This document shows positions 1 to 11,533 of a stretch of 64,000 nt of DNA, in pieces; positions within the stretch are counted from its first letter, which is position 1, and each line of letters opens with the position of its first letter. The stretch covers positions 558,001 to 622,000 of the forward strand of contig NEEC01000015.1 of the NCBI GenBank assembly GCA_002189035.1, read 5' to 3'. Below the pieces are notes generated by a model. The model saw nothing but the letters and a program-made list of their open reading frames with translations, made no database searches and was not told the origin of the DNA. Source of the DNA: Utricularia gibba (lineage: Eukaryota; Plantae; Magnoliophyta). The position numbers were made by a program, and so were the translations under genes.

Positions 1-476
1 ATAAATTTTATATAGAAAATAATACAAATATAAAAAAATTTTATTTATAATAAAGATCAAACTTATGCTTTATTAGAAACATTATTTTTAAAAAAACATA
101 ACTAAATATAACCTTAGTTTTATAATTCTAAGCAAACTCGTTGACCGGAGTAGTGATGCGCGAATGATATTGGCGTTTAGATAAGATCATCATATGTGTA
201 AAAAATTTGTTGTATGAAAGAGAAATTGATAGTGACGGATTTTCTAAATGAGACTTTAATGTGAATGGTTGGTTAATCAAGTACCCAAATGATGTAATTA
301 GCCATTTTCAACTGCGTATTATTTTTTATTTTTTTATTTTGAAAGATTCTGAGGAATCCAACTGGCCTATTAAAGGGTTGCTTGCTTCACTCTGCTCATC
401 CATTCATTCCTGGATTCCACTCAAGGTGGTCGGTCAAACTTCCCAGCACCACAAGGCACTCGAGAGAGGATAAACA

Positions 477-2783
477 ATGGCTCTCCTGAATGATCTACTG
501 AATCTGAATCTCTCCGATACTACTGAGAAGACTATTGCTGAGTACATATGGTTCGTTTTCGGTTTTATTTCTCATTTTGGAGGTTGCGGATCTGGGTGCT
601 CAAGTTTTTTTTTTTTTTGAACTCTCTTCTGAGTTTCTGGGATTTTCGTGGTGTTGTTTACATTAAAATCTCGATAAAGGATGTTTCTTTTTGGAGTCCG
701 GTTAGACTTTTCTTGTTCCTCTTTCCTGGAAGTTTGGAATCTGGGTAACCAAGTTTTTTGATCTTTTGCGTATATTCCGTTTCTTTCTCGCTTCCTGGGC
801 ACTTTTTTGCTAACTCTACATGTCTTCTGAAGTTTAATCGCCACGAAAATGGCTGCTTCTGAGGGCCTCTGCATATGTGCGTTATCTTTTAAAAGAAACT
901 TTTTTCTCACTTCGATTGCTAAACAGGATTGGTGGATCCGGAATGGACCTTAGAAGCAAGGCCAGGGTAAAGATTTTTCTCTTTCAAAACTGAAAAATGG
1001 CAAAAACATGTTTTCATTTGATTACGTTTCATAATGTTTTCATAGAATTGCATTTTAATACTAAAAAGCAACACAAGATTCACTTTGCCGGCCATCTTTT
1101 TCACTGTATTTTGGTTGTGGGTTCATTTATTCCACGAATCAGACTCTTCCCGGCCCTGTGTCTGATCCTGCTAAGCTTCCAAAGTGGAACTATGACGGTT
1201 CTAGCACAGGCCAAGCCCCTGGACAGGATAGTGAAGTGATTCTCTAGTAAGATTCCTTCTTTCATACTCACAGTACCTTTGTCAACAATATCACAACTTG
1301 CTATATTCATTTATTGTTTTGCAGCCCACAAGCAATCTTTCCTGATCCATTCAGACGAGGAAATCACATTCTTGTATTACTCGACTCAGTGTTTTACAGT
1401 TCATTGATGTAGATGTCTTTTTTTTGCTCTGACCTTTTATTTACAGGTGATCTGTGATACTTACACTCCAGCTGGAGAACCGATTCCAACAAACAAGCGA
1501 TTTGATGCTGCGAAGATTTTCAACCACCCTGATGTTGTTGCTGAAGTTCCCTGGTAGGATACCAAGTTCCAAGTTTTTTCTGGTCTATGATGTGGTCTCC
1601 TGTCCTTATCTTTCTGGGATTGTTTCGACTTGATATAACTGATCCGACTATTTGGAGTAGAGGTTCTCATTTGACAATATTGAATCACAGGTATGGGATT
1701 GAGCAAGAGTACACCCTCTTGCAGAAAGATGTGAAGTGGCCGCTTGGCTGGCCTGTGGGAGGCTTTCCAGGACCCCAGGTACTTGAAGAAGAACCGCTAT
1801 GGCATCATTTTCGATTCACTCAGATCAGGAAAAATAGCTCGATTTGAGTAGTTGCCTTCTTCCTTGCTGAACTTGATGGGTACTCTCTGCTTAAACCAGG
1901 GGCCATACTACTGCTCCGTGGGTGCTGATAAGTCCTTTGGACGCGACATCGTCGACGCCCACTACAAAGCTTGTCTCTATGCCGGCGTCAACATCAGCGG
2001 GATCAATGGGGAAGTCATGCCTGGCCAGGTAGATTCAAATGCATCTTTCATGAATCTGCAGCTGCTCTATGAATCAATCCTGTGTTTTCCATGGATCAGT
2101 GGGAGTTTCAAGTCGGGCCGGCTGTTGGAATCTCAGCGGGTGATCAACTCTGGGTTGCAAGATACCTTCTTGAGGTAGTATATCTTGCACTAATCGAATC
2201 CATTCTAAACAATTTCCTCTATGATCATCTCATTCCTATCAATACAGAGGATCACAGAGATTGCTGGGGTTGTGCTCTCCTTTGATCCAAAGCCGATTCA
2301 GGTAACACGAATGCTATTAAAAATGGTGACCAAACAGCATGCAAAAACATGGTTTTTTTGGCCTCAGGGAGATTGGAACGGTGCCGGTGCACACACCAAC
2401 TACAGTACCAAGTCCATGCGAGAGGAAGGCGGCTACGAAGTGATCAAGAAGGCGATCGAGAAGCTCGGTCTCCGGCACAAGCATCACATCGCCTTGTACG
2501 GCGAAGGAAACGAGCGGCGTCTCACCGGAAGACATGAAACTGCAGACATCAACACCTTCTCATGGGTAAGTAACACGGTGCCTTTGCAATCGGAACTCCA
2601 TTAGGGCTTGAATGCTGTGCCCTTTCGCAGGGAGTGGCGAATCGCGGCGCGTCGATCCGTGTCGGAAGGGACACGGAGAAAGACGGAAAAGGGTATTTTG
2701 AGGACCGGAGGCCGGCCTCGAACATGGATCCGTACGTCGTCACCTCCATGATCGCTGAGACTACCATTCTCTGGAAGCCATGA
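477..2783 (+). CDS. GLN1: Cytosolic glutamine synthetase (GS1), 11 coding exons, 356 aa
   Basis: Exons traced with GT-AG boundaries: 477-550, 927-966, 1143-1246, 1325-1373, 1447-1553, 1691-1778, 1900-2028, 2100-2174, 2248-2301, 2368-2565, 2631-2783 (1071 nt). Motifs: [81 protein letters not shown]. No transit peptide. Confidence 0.97.
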
Positions 2784-3102
2784 AAGTGAATGAAGAAGTC
2801 GTTTAGTGATTTGAAAACGTGTTGCTTCTTTTGATTGTACCTCAACCAACTCATCTCTTATGTTGTGGTGTGTTTACTATTAGATAATAAATTAGTATTG
2901 TTATTAAATCTGTTTAAATTCGCTCTTTCCAGTTTCTTGACACCTAAGTTACAGAAAATTAAAAAATGCCCCCTATTCTTCCCAAACATTGCACATTTGC
3001 CCCTCTAGCTGTCAATGTGCAAAAATTCAGTCCATCTTTTTAATAAAACTCATTTAATATTATTAATTACAAAGCAATACAATTGTTGAATACTGTAGGA
3101 AA

Positions 3103-5488
3103 ATGCGTGCAGTTGCGACGTTGGGTCTTCCACTCCCACTTCTCGCGCCTCCATCACCTCTGAGAACGTCTCTGTTTTCGATCAACGTGTATTTCCGCTT
3201 GCGCTTCTCATCAAAGCAGGAATTCAAAGTTTCTTCAATGGCGGATAGCGCAGTCGCCGTGGATTCTGGTGGCAAGTACGTGTCCAGCGATTGGTTCTCA
3301 GTTCCTGAACTCCGACTACGGGACCATCGGTTCATCGTACCTCTTGATTACTCACTGGACCACGTTGCATCTCCTAAAATCTCTGTGTTCGCCCGCGAAG
3401 TTGTGTCGAGTAAACTGTCTCATGGATTTGGGATTTCTTGTAAATTTGTTGCTTCGGACTGATTTTTTATGAAGTACTGAATCTTGATCTGCAGTTGGGA
3501 AGGAAGAAGCGCAGCTTCCCTTTTTACTGTACTTGCAGGGAGGACCAGGTTTTGAGTGCCCACGGCCTACGGAATCCGGGGGGTGGATAGGGAAGGCTTG
3601 CGAAAAATACCGTGTTATATTGATGGACCAGGCAAGTTGGTGGATACTGATGAGTTTCTTCTTCCTCTTATGGCTGAGATTTGCCGTTGCAGCGTGGAAC
3701 AGGCTTATCAACTCCTCTGTCACCGTCTTCAATGTCCCAATTTAAATCCTCGGGGGAGTTGGCCGAATATTTGCGGCATTTCCGAGCTGACAACATAGTA
3801 AATGATGCCGAGTTCATTCGTAAACAGCTCGTTCCAGATTCTAATCCCTGGACAGTTTTGGGACAGGTAAAAGATATTCGTATAAGTGATAATGCTTGTG
3901 GTTCTGGTAGCTAACTCACTGCATTGTGGTCATGTTACTATTGAAACAGGGTTTATCAGCATGATAGCATATCTTAGCCTTCCGGGACTGTTTTCTTTAT
4001 TATATGGTTGCAGAGTTATGGCGGATTTTGTGCAGTGACGTACCTGAGCTTTGCTCCAGAAGGATTACAGCAAGTTCTTTTAACTGGTGGGCTACCTCCA
4101 ATTACTAAAGGATGCACGGCTGATGCTGTTTACAGGGCTTGCTTTGAGCAGGTTGTGCGTCAGAATGAGAAGTACTATAGGAGATTTCCTAGTGATGTTG
4201 CAGTAGTCCAAGAACTGGTAAAATACTTAGCAGAGTCTGAAGGAGGTGGGGTGAGGAAAACTTTTTTTTTCTTTGTGTGATTCTTTTATCAGGAAGTCTA
4301 CGTATTTTTATTTCCTACATCTTATAAATGTCTTTGGTTTTTTCTTTTCCGAGCGCTTAAAAGGTTCTCCTACCATCGGGTAGCATTTTGACACCAAGAG
4401 GCCTACAACTTCTAGGTTTAACAGGTTTAGGAAGCAGCTCTGGTTTTGAACGCTTGCACTATCTGTAAGTGTCAGTGCATCTGTGTGCATGACCATTAGG
4501 CTTGTGTTGATTTCTGGATTTTCTGTTGCCATTAGGTTTGAGAGAGCCTGGGACCCTTGTCTAGTTCCGGGAGCAACCAAGAGAATCAGCTACGGCTTTT
4601 TGAACGCAGTTAGTAGCTTTTGAATCTTTCAGTGATTATTGTTATGTCGGTTCTCAGCATTTCAATGATCACCATGCAGTATGAGAAATGGCTAGATTTC
4701 TCCAGCAATCCTCTATATGCCATTATGCATGAGTCCATATATTGCCAGGTGAAAAAAAAAATGTTTTCAGAGTGGATGCCAAATTTTTCCCAAGCCATGC
4801 TTTTTCTGATTTCGTTGTAAATCGATTGAAGGGCGCTTCATCGAGTTGGGCTGCTCATAGGATAAGGGCAGAGTACGAATCTCATTTTGATGCTTTGGGT
4901 GCCGTCAAAGAAGGGCGCCCTGTTCTATTTACAGGAGAGGTATTCTCCAAAATAAGCATCCCTCGATATTTCATATGGTTTCCTTGAAGTATATACTTTG
5001 TTGCCACATGAGTTTCCATCTTCTTTCTTGCTTTGTATTCTGATTGCCAATTCTAAATTGACTCGATGTTTTTCACAATGGTTGGACAGATGATATTTCC
5101 CTGGATCTTTGAAGAAATTCATGCTCTGAGGCCTTACAAGGAAGCTGCTAGTTTGCTGGCCGAGAAGAAGGATTGGCCTCCATTGTATGACATTCAAGCA
5201 CTGAACAATAACAAGGTGTTTGCATTCATCTCCACTAGTTGTTTTCAACTTCAGTTGCAGTGATAATTCCGTTCACCATGATGTTTTCCCCAGGTTCCTG
5301 TTGCAGCTGCTGTATACTATGAAGACTTGTATGTGAACTTTAAGCTGGCCATGGAAACAGCTTCCCAAATTTCAGGAACCCGGCTTTGGATCACTAATGA
5401 ATACATGCATTCTGGCTTGAGGGATGGAGGCGCTCAGGTTCTGGACCGTTTGCTGGGGATGCTCAACGGAAAGACCCCGCTGTTTTAA
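3103..5488 (+). CDS. Prolyl aminopeptidase / proline iminopeptidase (alpha/beta hydrolase) with N-terminal transit-peptide-like extension, 10 exons
   Basis: Motifs: LRLRDHRFIVPLDYS, LLYLQGGPGFECPRP, DQRGTGLSTPL, nucleophile LGQ|SYGGF, VYYEDLYV, NEYMHSGLRDGG. Exons: 3103-3409, 3495-3631, 3693-3866, 4014-4250, 4364-4464, 4536-4608, 4680-4748, 4832-4939, 5090-5215, 5294-5488. Confidence 0.93.
3632..3692 (+). other. 61-nt GC-AG intron in the prolyl aminopeptidase gene
   Basis: GACCAG|GCAAGT donor and TTGCAG|CGT acceptor join MDQ to RGTGLS in frame. Confidence 0.85.
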
Positions 5489-6589
5489 CACAATATCATT
5501 GTCTTAACTAACTCTTTCTCGGATGCTGTGTGTATCTCGGCATTTAGGGCAATGCCTATGAGCTTTGTGCTCATAAAATATTCCCCTCTTCATCAAACAT
5601 TACTCCCAAGTTCCATCAAACCTAATTCATGCTATGACATTCGAGGTGCGTCAGGAACCCTAAACCTAACCATCAATATTAGGTTCATGTAAACTCTATT
5701 TTTCAGAATTTTTTCATGTATACTTAACAGATTACGTGGGTGCTTCAAAAAAGCACATAAATCGACGATTTATCCGTTTCGAATCATCGGTTCCGCGTAG
5801 GTCGAAATTATGATTTTTTTGATTTTAAATATCTTGAACTAATCCAAAACTTTACGATTCTTATTACGTACACTCAAATTGAACAGGATCAGAGTTTCAG
5901 CTTGAATCATGGTTCCGATTAGAACCCATTACAACTCTACCTCTCCAGATCGCCACACCCTTGCAACTTCGGCCCATAACACCATCTTCCCATTCAACTT
6001 TATAACCCAAAAGATCACCTGGTTTCCATCATAGGTTTTTCGCCGCGTAACATTCACGGATTCTTTTCAGGAAATTCTGTTCCAGCCTAACTTTTTCTGA
6101 TGCAAATTAAAGTTGCCTGACTTTTAACGTACAAGAAAACTGCTCTTTCTTATTTTGTTACCATAAAAAATCGATCTTGAGGTGATATGTTATCAGGCAT
6201 TTGAAGGGGTGTCTCTTCCATTGTGAGATCTGGGTAATACCGTAGTATAATTCTGCTTGTTTCATGAGAGTCTTCCTTTTCTCCGTTTTTACCCATCTCC
6301 TGCTATATCCAGTGCACTGCGAGTTATATTCATTTCTCGTTTTTGCTTGGGTGGATCATTTCCTGGGAATCTGTCAGGTTTTGGAATCTGATTAATGCGT
6401 AGATCTTCTCACGAATATAGATTATAATTTGCCCTGTGAATGGAAGAAGAAACTGAGAAGAGGATGTTTCAATATGGGAAAGCTCTTTTCGTTTGTATCT
6501 GCCTTGCAGGAGTTGTTTATTGTTCTTATGTTTTTGTGTTAGTATCCCTTCTCTTAAATGGCTTCCTGGGTTTTTCCAGATTATTTCTC

Positions 6590-7816
6590 ATGGAATGGGA
6601 AACAGAAAGCTCATGGATCAGCGACTTCACAGACAAGCTAACACCAGAGTTCAACTCCTTGTTAGAGTTCAGGAACGAGGATGAGATAGACGAAGATGCT
6701 TCAACAGTGCCTGTTGATGCAATCCTGCCAGATGATTTGCTGGAACGCATAATATCCCATCTCCCCATTGCCAGCATTTTCAAGGTACGCTGTGTGTGCA
6801 AAAGATGGAACGAGATAGCGTCATCCAAAATGTTTACACATAATGAACTCCGTGATGTTTCTTCACGGAAGCCCTGGTACATTATGCTGTGGGCTAACCA
6901 ACCAGTTGGCTGTGGATACGATCCTGTACCTGGGAAATGGTATGACATCAGAATCCCTTATCTGGAGGATCCCTTTTGGTCCAATGCTTCTTCTGGGGGG
7001 CTTGTTTGTTTCATGGACAACTATGTTAGCAGGGATTTATACATTTTCAACCCAATAACAAGATCCGGGAAAGTTATCCCTGAGCCACCGCGGCCTGAAC
7101 TCTGTGATTACAGTGCATTAGCAATCAATGTGAACCGTTGCACCCGTGATTACAATGTTTTCGTTGCTAGATCAAGGGCGCTTCCTGGAGTTGACTTCCA
7201 GTGGGAAATTTCAATTTATCTCTATGATTCAATAACCAGAGCATGGACAACATCCCTGACAGAGGTGCTGTCGGGCTGGAGAGGCGGCTGTGAGAGTGTG
7301 ATATGTGATGGGGTTCTCTATTTGCTCATCTTTTCAACGGGTCACGGCGGGCCCAACACTCAGCACGGTGTGATCATGCACCAGCACAAACACACAACCG
7401 GTGCAGCAGAGAGCGTGTTAATGGAAAGCTGCATCCCTGTTCCATGGTACTTAACCTGTGGGCGGTTGCTGAATCTGAGGGAGAAGCTGGTGATGGTCGG
7501 AGGGGTAGGGACGCGTTGTCGCCCCGATACCATAAAGGGGATCGGCATCTGGGTGCTCAGCGGGAGGGAGTGGGAGGAGATAGCTCGAATGCCAGACGAG
7601 TATTTTGAAGGGAGTGCAGATTTCGATGCCGAGTTTTGCAGTAGAGGTGCTGATGACTTCGTTTACATACAAAGCTATGGAGATCCTGAAGTTTTCATAT
7701 TGGATGTCACTCAGAGGCAGTGGAGAAGATGTGAGAAATGCCACGTGACGAAAAAGTCTCCCCTTGATCTTTACAATGGCTTCTGCTTCGAACCAAGATT
7801 GGATATTGTTCCCTGA
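6590..7816 (+). CDS. HWS: F-box/kelch-repeat protein, diverged HAWAIIAN SKIRT (At3g61590-type) homolog, single coding exon, 408 aa
   Basis: F-box LPDDLLERIISHLPIASIFK..VCKRWNEI, plus GLVCFMDN, LSGWRGGCESVIC, LTCGRLLNLREKLVMVGG and C-terminal GFCFEPRLDIVP. The ATG at 6590 follows an acceptor (TTTTTCCAG, ~6579), so the upstream in-frame part of the 6440 ORF is probably 5'UTR intron. Confidence 0.88.
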   Translation: MEWETESSWISDFTDKLTPEFNSLLEFRNEDEIDEDASTVPVDAILPDDLLERIISHLPIASIFKVRCVCKRWNEIASSKMFTHNELRDVSSRKPWYIMLWANQPVGCGYDPVPGKWYDIRIPYLEDPFWSNASSGGLVCFMDNYVSRDLYIFNPITRSGKVIPEPPRPELCDYSALAINVNRCTRDYNVFVARSRALPGVDFQWEISIYLYDSITRAWTTSLTEVLSGWRGGCESVICDGVLYLLIFSTGHGGPNTQHGVIMHQHKHTTGAAESVLMESCIPVPWYLTCGRLLNLREKLVMVGGVGTRCRPDTIKGIGIWVLSGREWEEIARMPDEYFEGSADFDAEFCSRGADDFVYIQSYGDPEVFILDVTQRQWRRCEKCHVTKKSPLDLYNGFCFEPRLDIVP

Positions 7817-8038
7817 GCTTTCCTCTCCATTCCAAGATTGGATACGACAGCACAGAGTACGGCATCAACCCAGCAGTTGCAGGTAATAAGCTTCGGATTC
7901 TTTCATGTTTGAATTGAGAAAAGTCAAATCGTTGTGCGTGAAGTGGCCATTGACCCGTGTGGGACCTACTCCGGACTTGAAGGCAATGATGAGATCCAAT
8001 TAATATTCGCTCTCGCGTCCGCATGGGTGTTAAATTAG

Positions 8039-8476
8039 GCCACGTGGAGAGTGGTGGGGTGTAGCTGACCGACAGCTCCCCTGTGATGATCGTCTTATAA
8101 CCGTACACGTGTACGGGTGGAATGACGTGGCGGTAAGAGAAGCATGAGAGATAATAAAAAATAATTCCCCTTTGAGCAGTGGCCACTCTAATTTGGACAA
8201 CTGGACGCCACCTTTGAATCACAATTATGGGCTTCGTGAACGTTGAAAAGAAAGAAAATGGCACGTGGCCACGTGGTTGAAGAGCGTCTTGTATTTGGAA
8301 AGTTGGCGAATGTGATTTGGGCTTCTTCCTCCTCCTCCTCCTCCTCCACGCACGTTTTACCTGTAAAACTTGGCATTAATTTGATACCCCACTGCGTGGC
8401 GGAGGAAAAATTAATGACGTAGAAAAAAGGAAAGAATTTTGAGACGAAGAAGTATTCAAGGATCAAGACACGTGTT
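8039..8476. promoter_or_regulatory. G-box/ACGT element cluster upstream of the bZIP gene
   Basis: CACGTG at 8041, 8106, 8262, 8270 and 8469. TGACGT at 8123 and 8415. Perfect 16-bp palindrome CCGTACACGTGTACGG at 8101-8116. Confidence 0.7.
8328..8347. repeat. (CCT)6 microsatellite
   Basis: Read directly from the sequence. Confidence 0.85.
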
Positions 8477-9494
8477 GCTGATGTGGAATTGCAGTTCATC
8501 ATCCCTCTCTCCTTGTCTCTATCCTCCTCACCCTCTGTCTTCCCTGTGCAGGCAGAGATTGAATTTCAGCAAATTTGCTCTGTGCAGACTGCAGGCCCTT
8601 TGAAACTCGAATAACTTGGCGTCTTCTTTCCTGCTAACTCCCCAGTATGCTGAACTTTTGAATTCAATAATAGTTTTTTTTTCTTCAGGGGTTTGATGAC
8701 CACAGGGGATTTTCTACTGTTGCTGGTCGAGTTGTTCGGATTATATGAATCTGCTGTGAATACACCTTATAACGGGTCTCTCTTTTTCTCAAAGCGTAAT
8801 CAAAAACCTAAATATTCCTTCCGGATTTCAGAGTCTCTGGGGGACATTTGTTTCTGTTTTTTGTACAGCTTTCTGAGGTGCTGCAGTGATTATTCTTTCA
8901 GTGTTGTTGTGGATACGGTTGAAAATTGCATATGCAGTTGCTGCCTTGCTGGGGCAAACTTTTTATCAGAAACCTCTTTGTCTGTCATCGAAGTACACTG
9001 TCTTTGAGTTTACTGTTACAGTTTTTTACGTTTCTTTGGAGAGCACCCTGTTTTACAGTATTTTGGAATTCGTCTCGATGCTGGGTGTGAAAGGACTAAA
9101 AAGCCCTTTTCTTCTCTCTTCATATGAAAGTTCATACATGTTATAGACATGACTGAAAACACAACCTGAGATTGGAGATCTTTTGAGATGAAGATGATGT
9201 ATATGTGTGTATTGAGAGAAGCTTTTGACAAAAGTCTTTTTCTATTGTGTTATGATGATAAATAGAATCCAAGGGCTTTGTTAATTTTCCTCTTCTGGTT
9301 ACCATACAGTTGCAATCAATTTGGAAGTTCCCTTGTGGGTTCTTTTCTCTCTTATCTTCTCACCTTAGTGTTTTAATTTGTCCTGACTTCATCTTTTATT
9401 GTTTTCCTGCACTGCATGATGATCATCAGATACGTAAAGCCCTGAGTTCTGGCATCTTATTTGGGCATGGTGCAGAAAGAAGTTGTAGTGAAAA

Positions 9495-11315
9495 ATGGGA
9501 TACAGGAATGCCAAGGCTGAAAAGTCGTCACCACCTTCTATGGTGAGCATGCTTCTTTCTACTTTTTGTGTCTTGTTTGTAAGTTACAAGGGGAACTTCC
9601 CACGATTTTCCTGTCAGAGTCGCATGCCAGTTCGAACGTTTCCTTTGCTGGCTTGTTTTCTTCCCTCGCTAACTCTTCATCAAGACAATAACAACTACTG
9701 TGTATATTATTCCTAGATTCCTTGGGGTGTCATGCCACCACCACCATCCTTGAACTCGGCTGCTGCTGCTTCTCCATCTAATTCTCTTTATATGTGGGCA
9801 GCTCCGGTGCAGGTTTTTATCAGCTTTTATGGAAGTTACTTGGAAATATTTGAATGGTTACTGACATAAAAAGGTATTCCATTCTTCAGTCAATGATCCA
9901 CCCGCATGCTGCTGCTTTCTATGCTCATTATGCACGTCCTGGAGTTCCACCGGTAAATTCTACTATCATCTTGTTTATCTCTTGCCAAGATTGGACATGG
10001 CTGATAGCTTATTCTGTAACGTTACATCATCAAGACTGGTGCTTCTCCCGGTGTGGAACCATCTGAGAGAACAGAGGGAGCTTTTGTAAAAAAGCTAGCA
10101 GGGGTTGATGGGCGCTCGATGTCTGTACGAAATGAAAGCCTTGATACAAGTGACCATGGATCGTCTGAAAGGTTTAGAGCAACTTCTGAATGCCGCAGTC
10201 TGTCGTTTCGAGTGCTTCCTGTGCTCTGTACTAATGTCCTGGAATTACGCTATGCTTTCTCATCTACAGGGAGGCAAATGACGGTTCCACAGATGGAAAC
10301 AATGGAACCTTGGCAGGGGTGAGTGTCTGTCTCCCTCTGCTTATTTGCGCTTTGTTGTGTAAACAGGTCTGCTGTATCCTTTTGGTCATTCCATCGTAGG
10401 CCAGTAAAGCCGGGAGGAAAAGAAGCCGACAAAGATCACCCAAAACTGGTCAGCGCCTTCTTCTAGACGCCTCTGTTCAATCCAACTTCAAAAAATGAGA
10501 ACAGTGATGGGTGCGACAAGGTTTCACCTTCCGTGCAATGCTTTAGGGTTTGCTCCGAAGCAAGCTGCTGATGTTCAGGCTTCTGATAAGGCAGCAGCGG
10601 AAGCGAAGTCTGCACCGCCGATTCCTTTAGATGCTTGGCTACAGGTCTGTTTCAGTGAAATCTCAATGCGTTTGAAGCTTCCAGCCACCATTTAAACACT
10701 GGTTGCGGTTGTAGAACGAACGGGAAATGAAACGGGAGAGACGGAAGCAGTCGAATAGGGAATCCGCCAGAAGATCAAGGCTGCGGAAACAGGTATGTAT
10801 TGCCAGCCAAGCTTGATATTCATTGTGTTCATTCCTCACCCCAGTGGCTTGCTTACAAAGGCGGAGGCAGAGGAACTAGCTAAAAAAGTTCAGGCACTGA
10901 CTTCTGACAACTTGAATCTCAAAGCTGAGATGAATAAGCTGAGGGAAAGCTCTGCTATGCTGAAGCTTCAGAATGTTGCCCTCATGGTGATCCACTTGAC
11001 TGCCCCTGAACTTCTTCATCGGCATCATCTTGAAGATGAAAGATTTCAATCCCTGCCACTGATTTCTTGGGTTCGTTTCTGCAGGAGAAAATAAAAGATC
11101 CCCATCTTGGAGTAACTGATGACAACCAGAGAGTGAAGCCAGTAGCCACCATGAACCTGCTCGCCAGGGTGAACAATTCCAGTTTGAATGAAGATCGAGA
11201 TATGGAGGACGAGAAGACAGCCACAGCAGGAGCAGTTTACGAGGGCAGATCTGATAAGCTTCATCACCTTCTTGATGCCAAGAGCCTGAGAAATGATGCT
11301 GTGGCTGCTGGTTGA
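9495..11315 (+). CDS. Group G bZIP (G-box binding factor, GBF3/CPRF1-like), shortened N-terminus
   Basis: Basic region NEREMKRERRKQSNRESARRSRLRKQ|AEAEEL, leucine zipper, GRKRSRQ motif, and C-terminal KLHHLLDAKSLRNDAVAAG. Ten coding exons join in frame, starting 9495-9542, 9717-9812, 9890-9952, 10035-10171, 10270-10318, 10400-10448. Confidence 0.9.
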
Positions 11316-11533
11316 GTGGGCGGCTGGATGCCTGGCTGGTTATTTAGATGATCATGAGATGAAAGGCAGTGATTTTGGCAGAATTACCAGCCCAAAATTA
11401 CACCCAACTTTAGTATATGTTAGTACTACAAGATGATTGTAACAACTGATTCTCACTTTTGCCTGAGTAAATGGAGTAGAAGTTTCGTCATTTGGTCTTC
11501 AAACTCATGGCCATGGAAGTCGCCACCGATGGA

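Noticed and set aside
6440-6589. 50-aa hydrophobic N-terminal extension of the F-box ORF
   Set aside because: T-rich sequence ending in a good acceptor just before the ATG at 6590; probably 5'UTR intron read in frame by chance.
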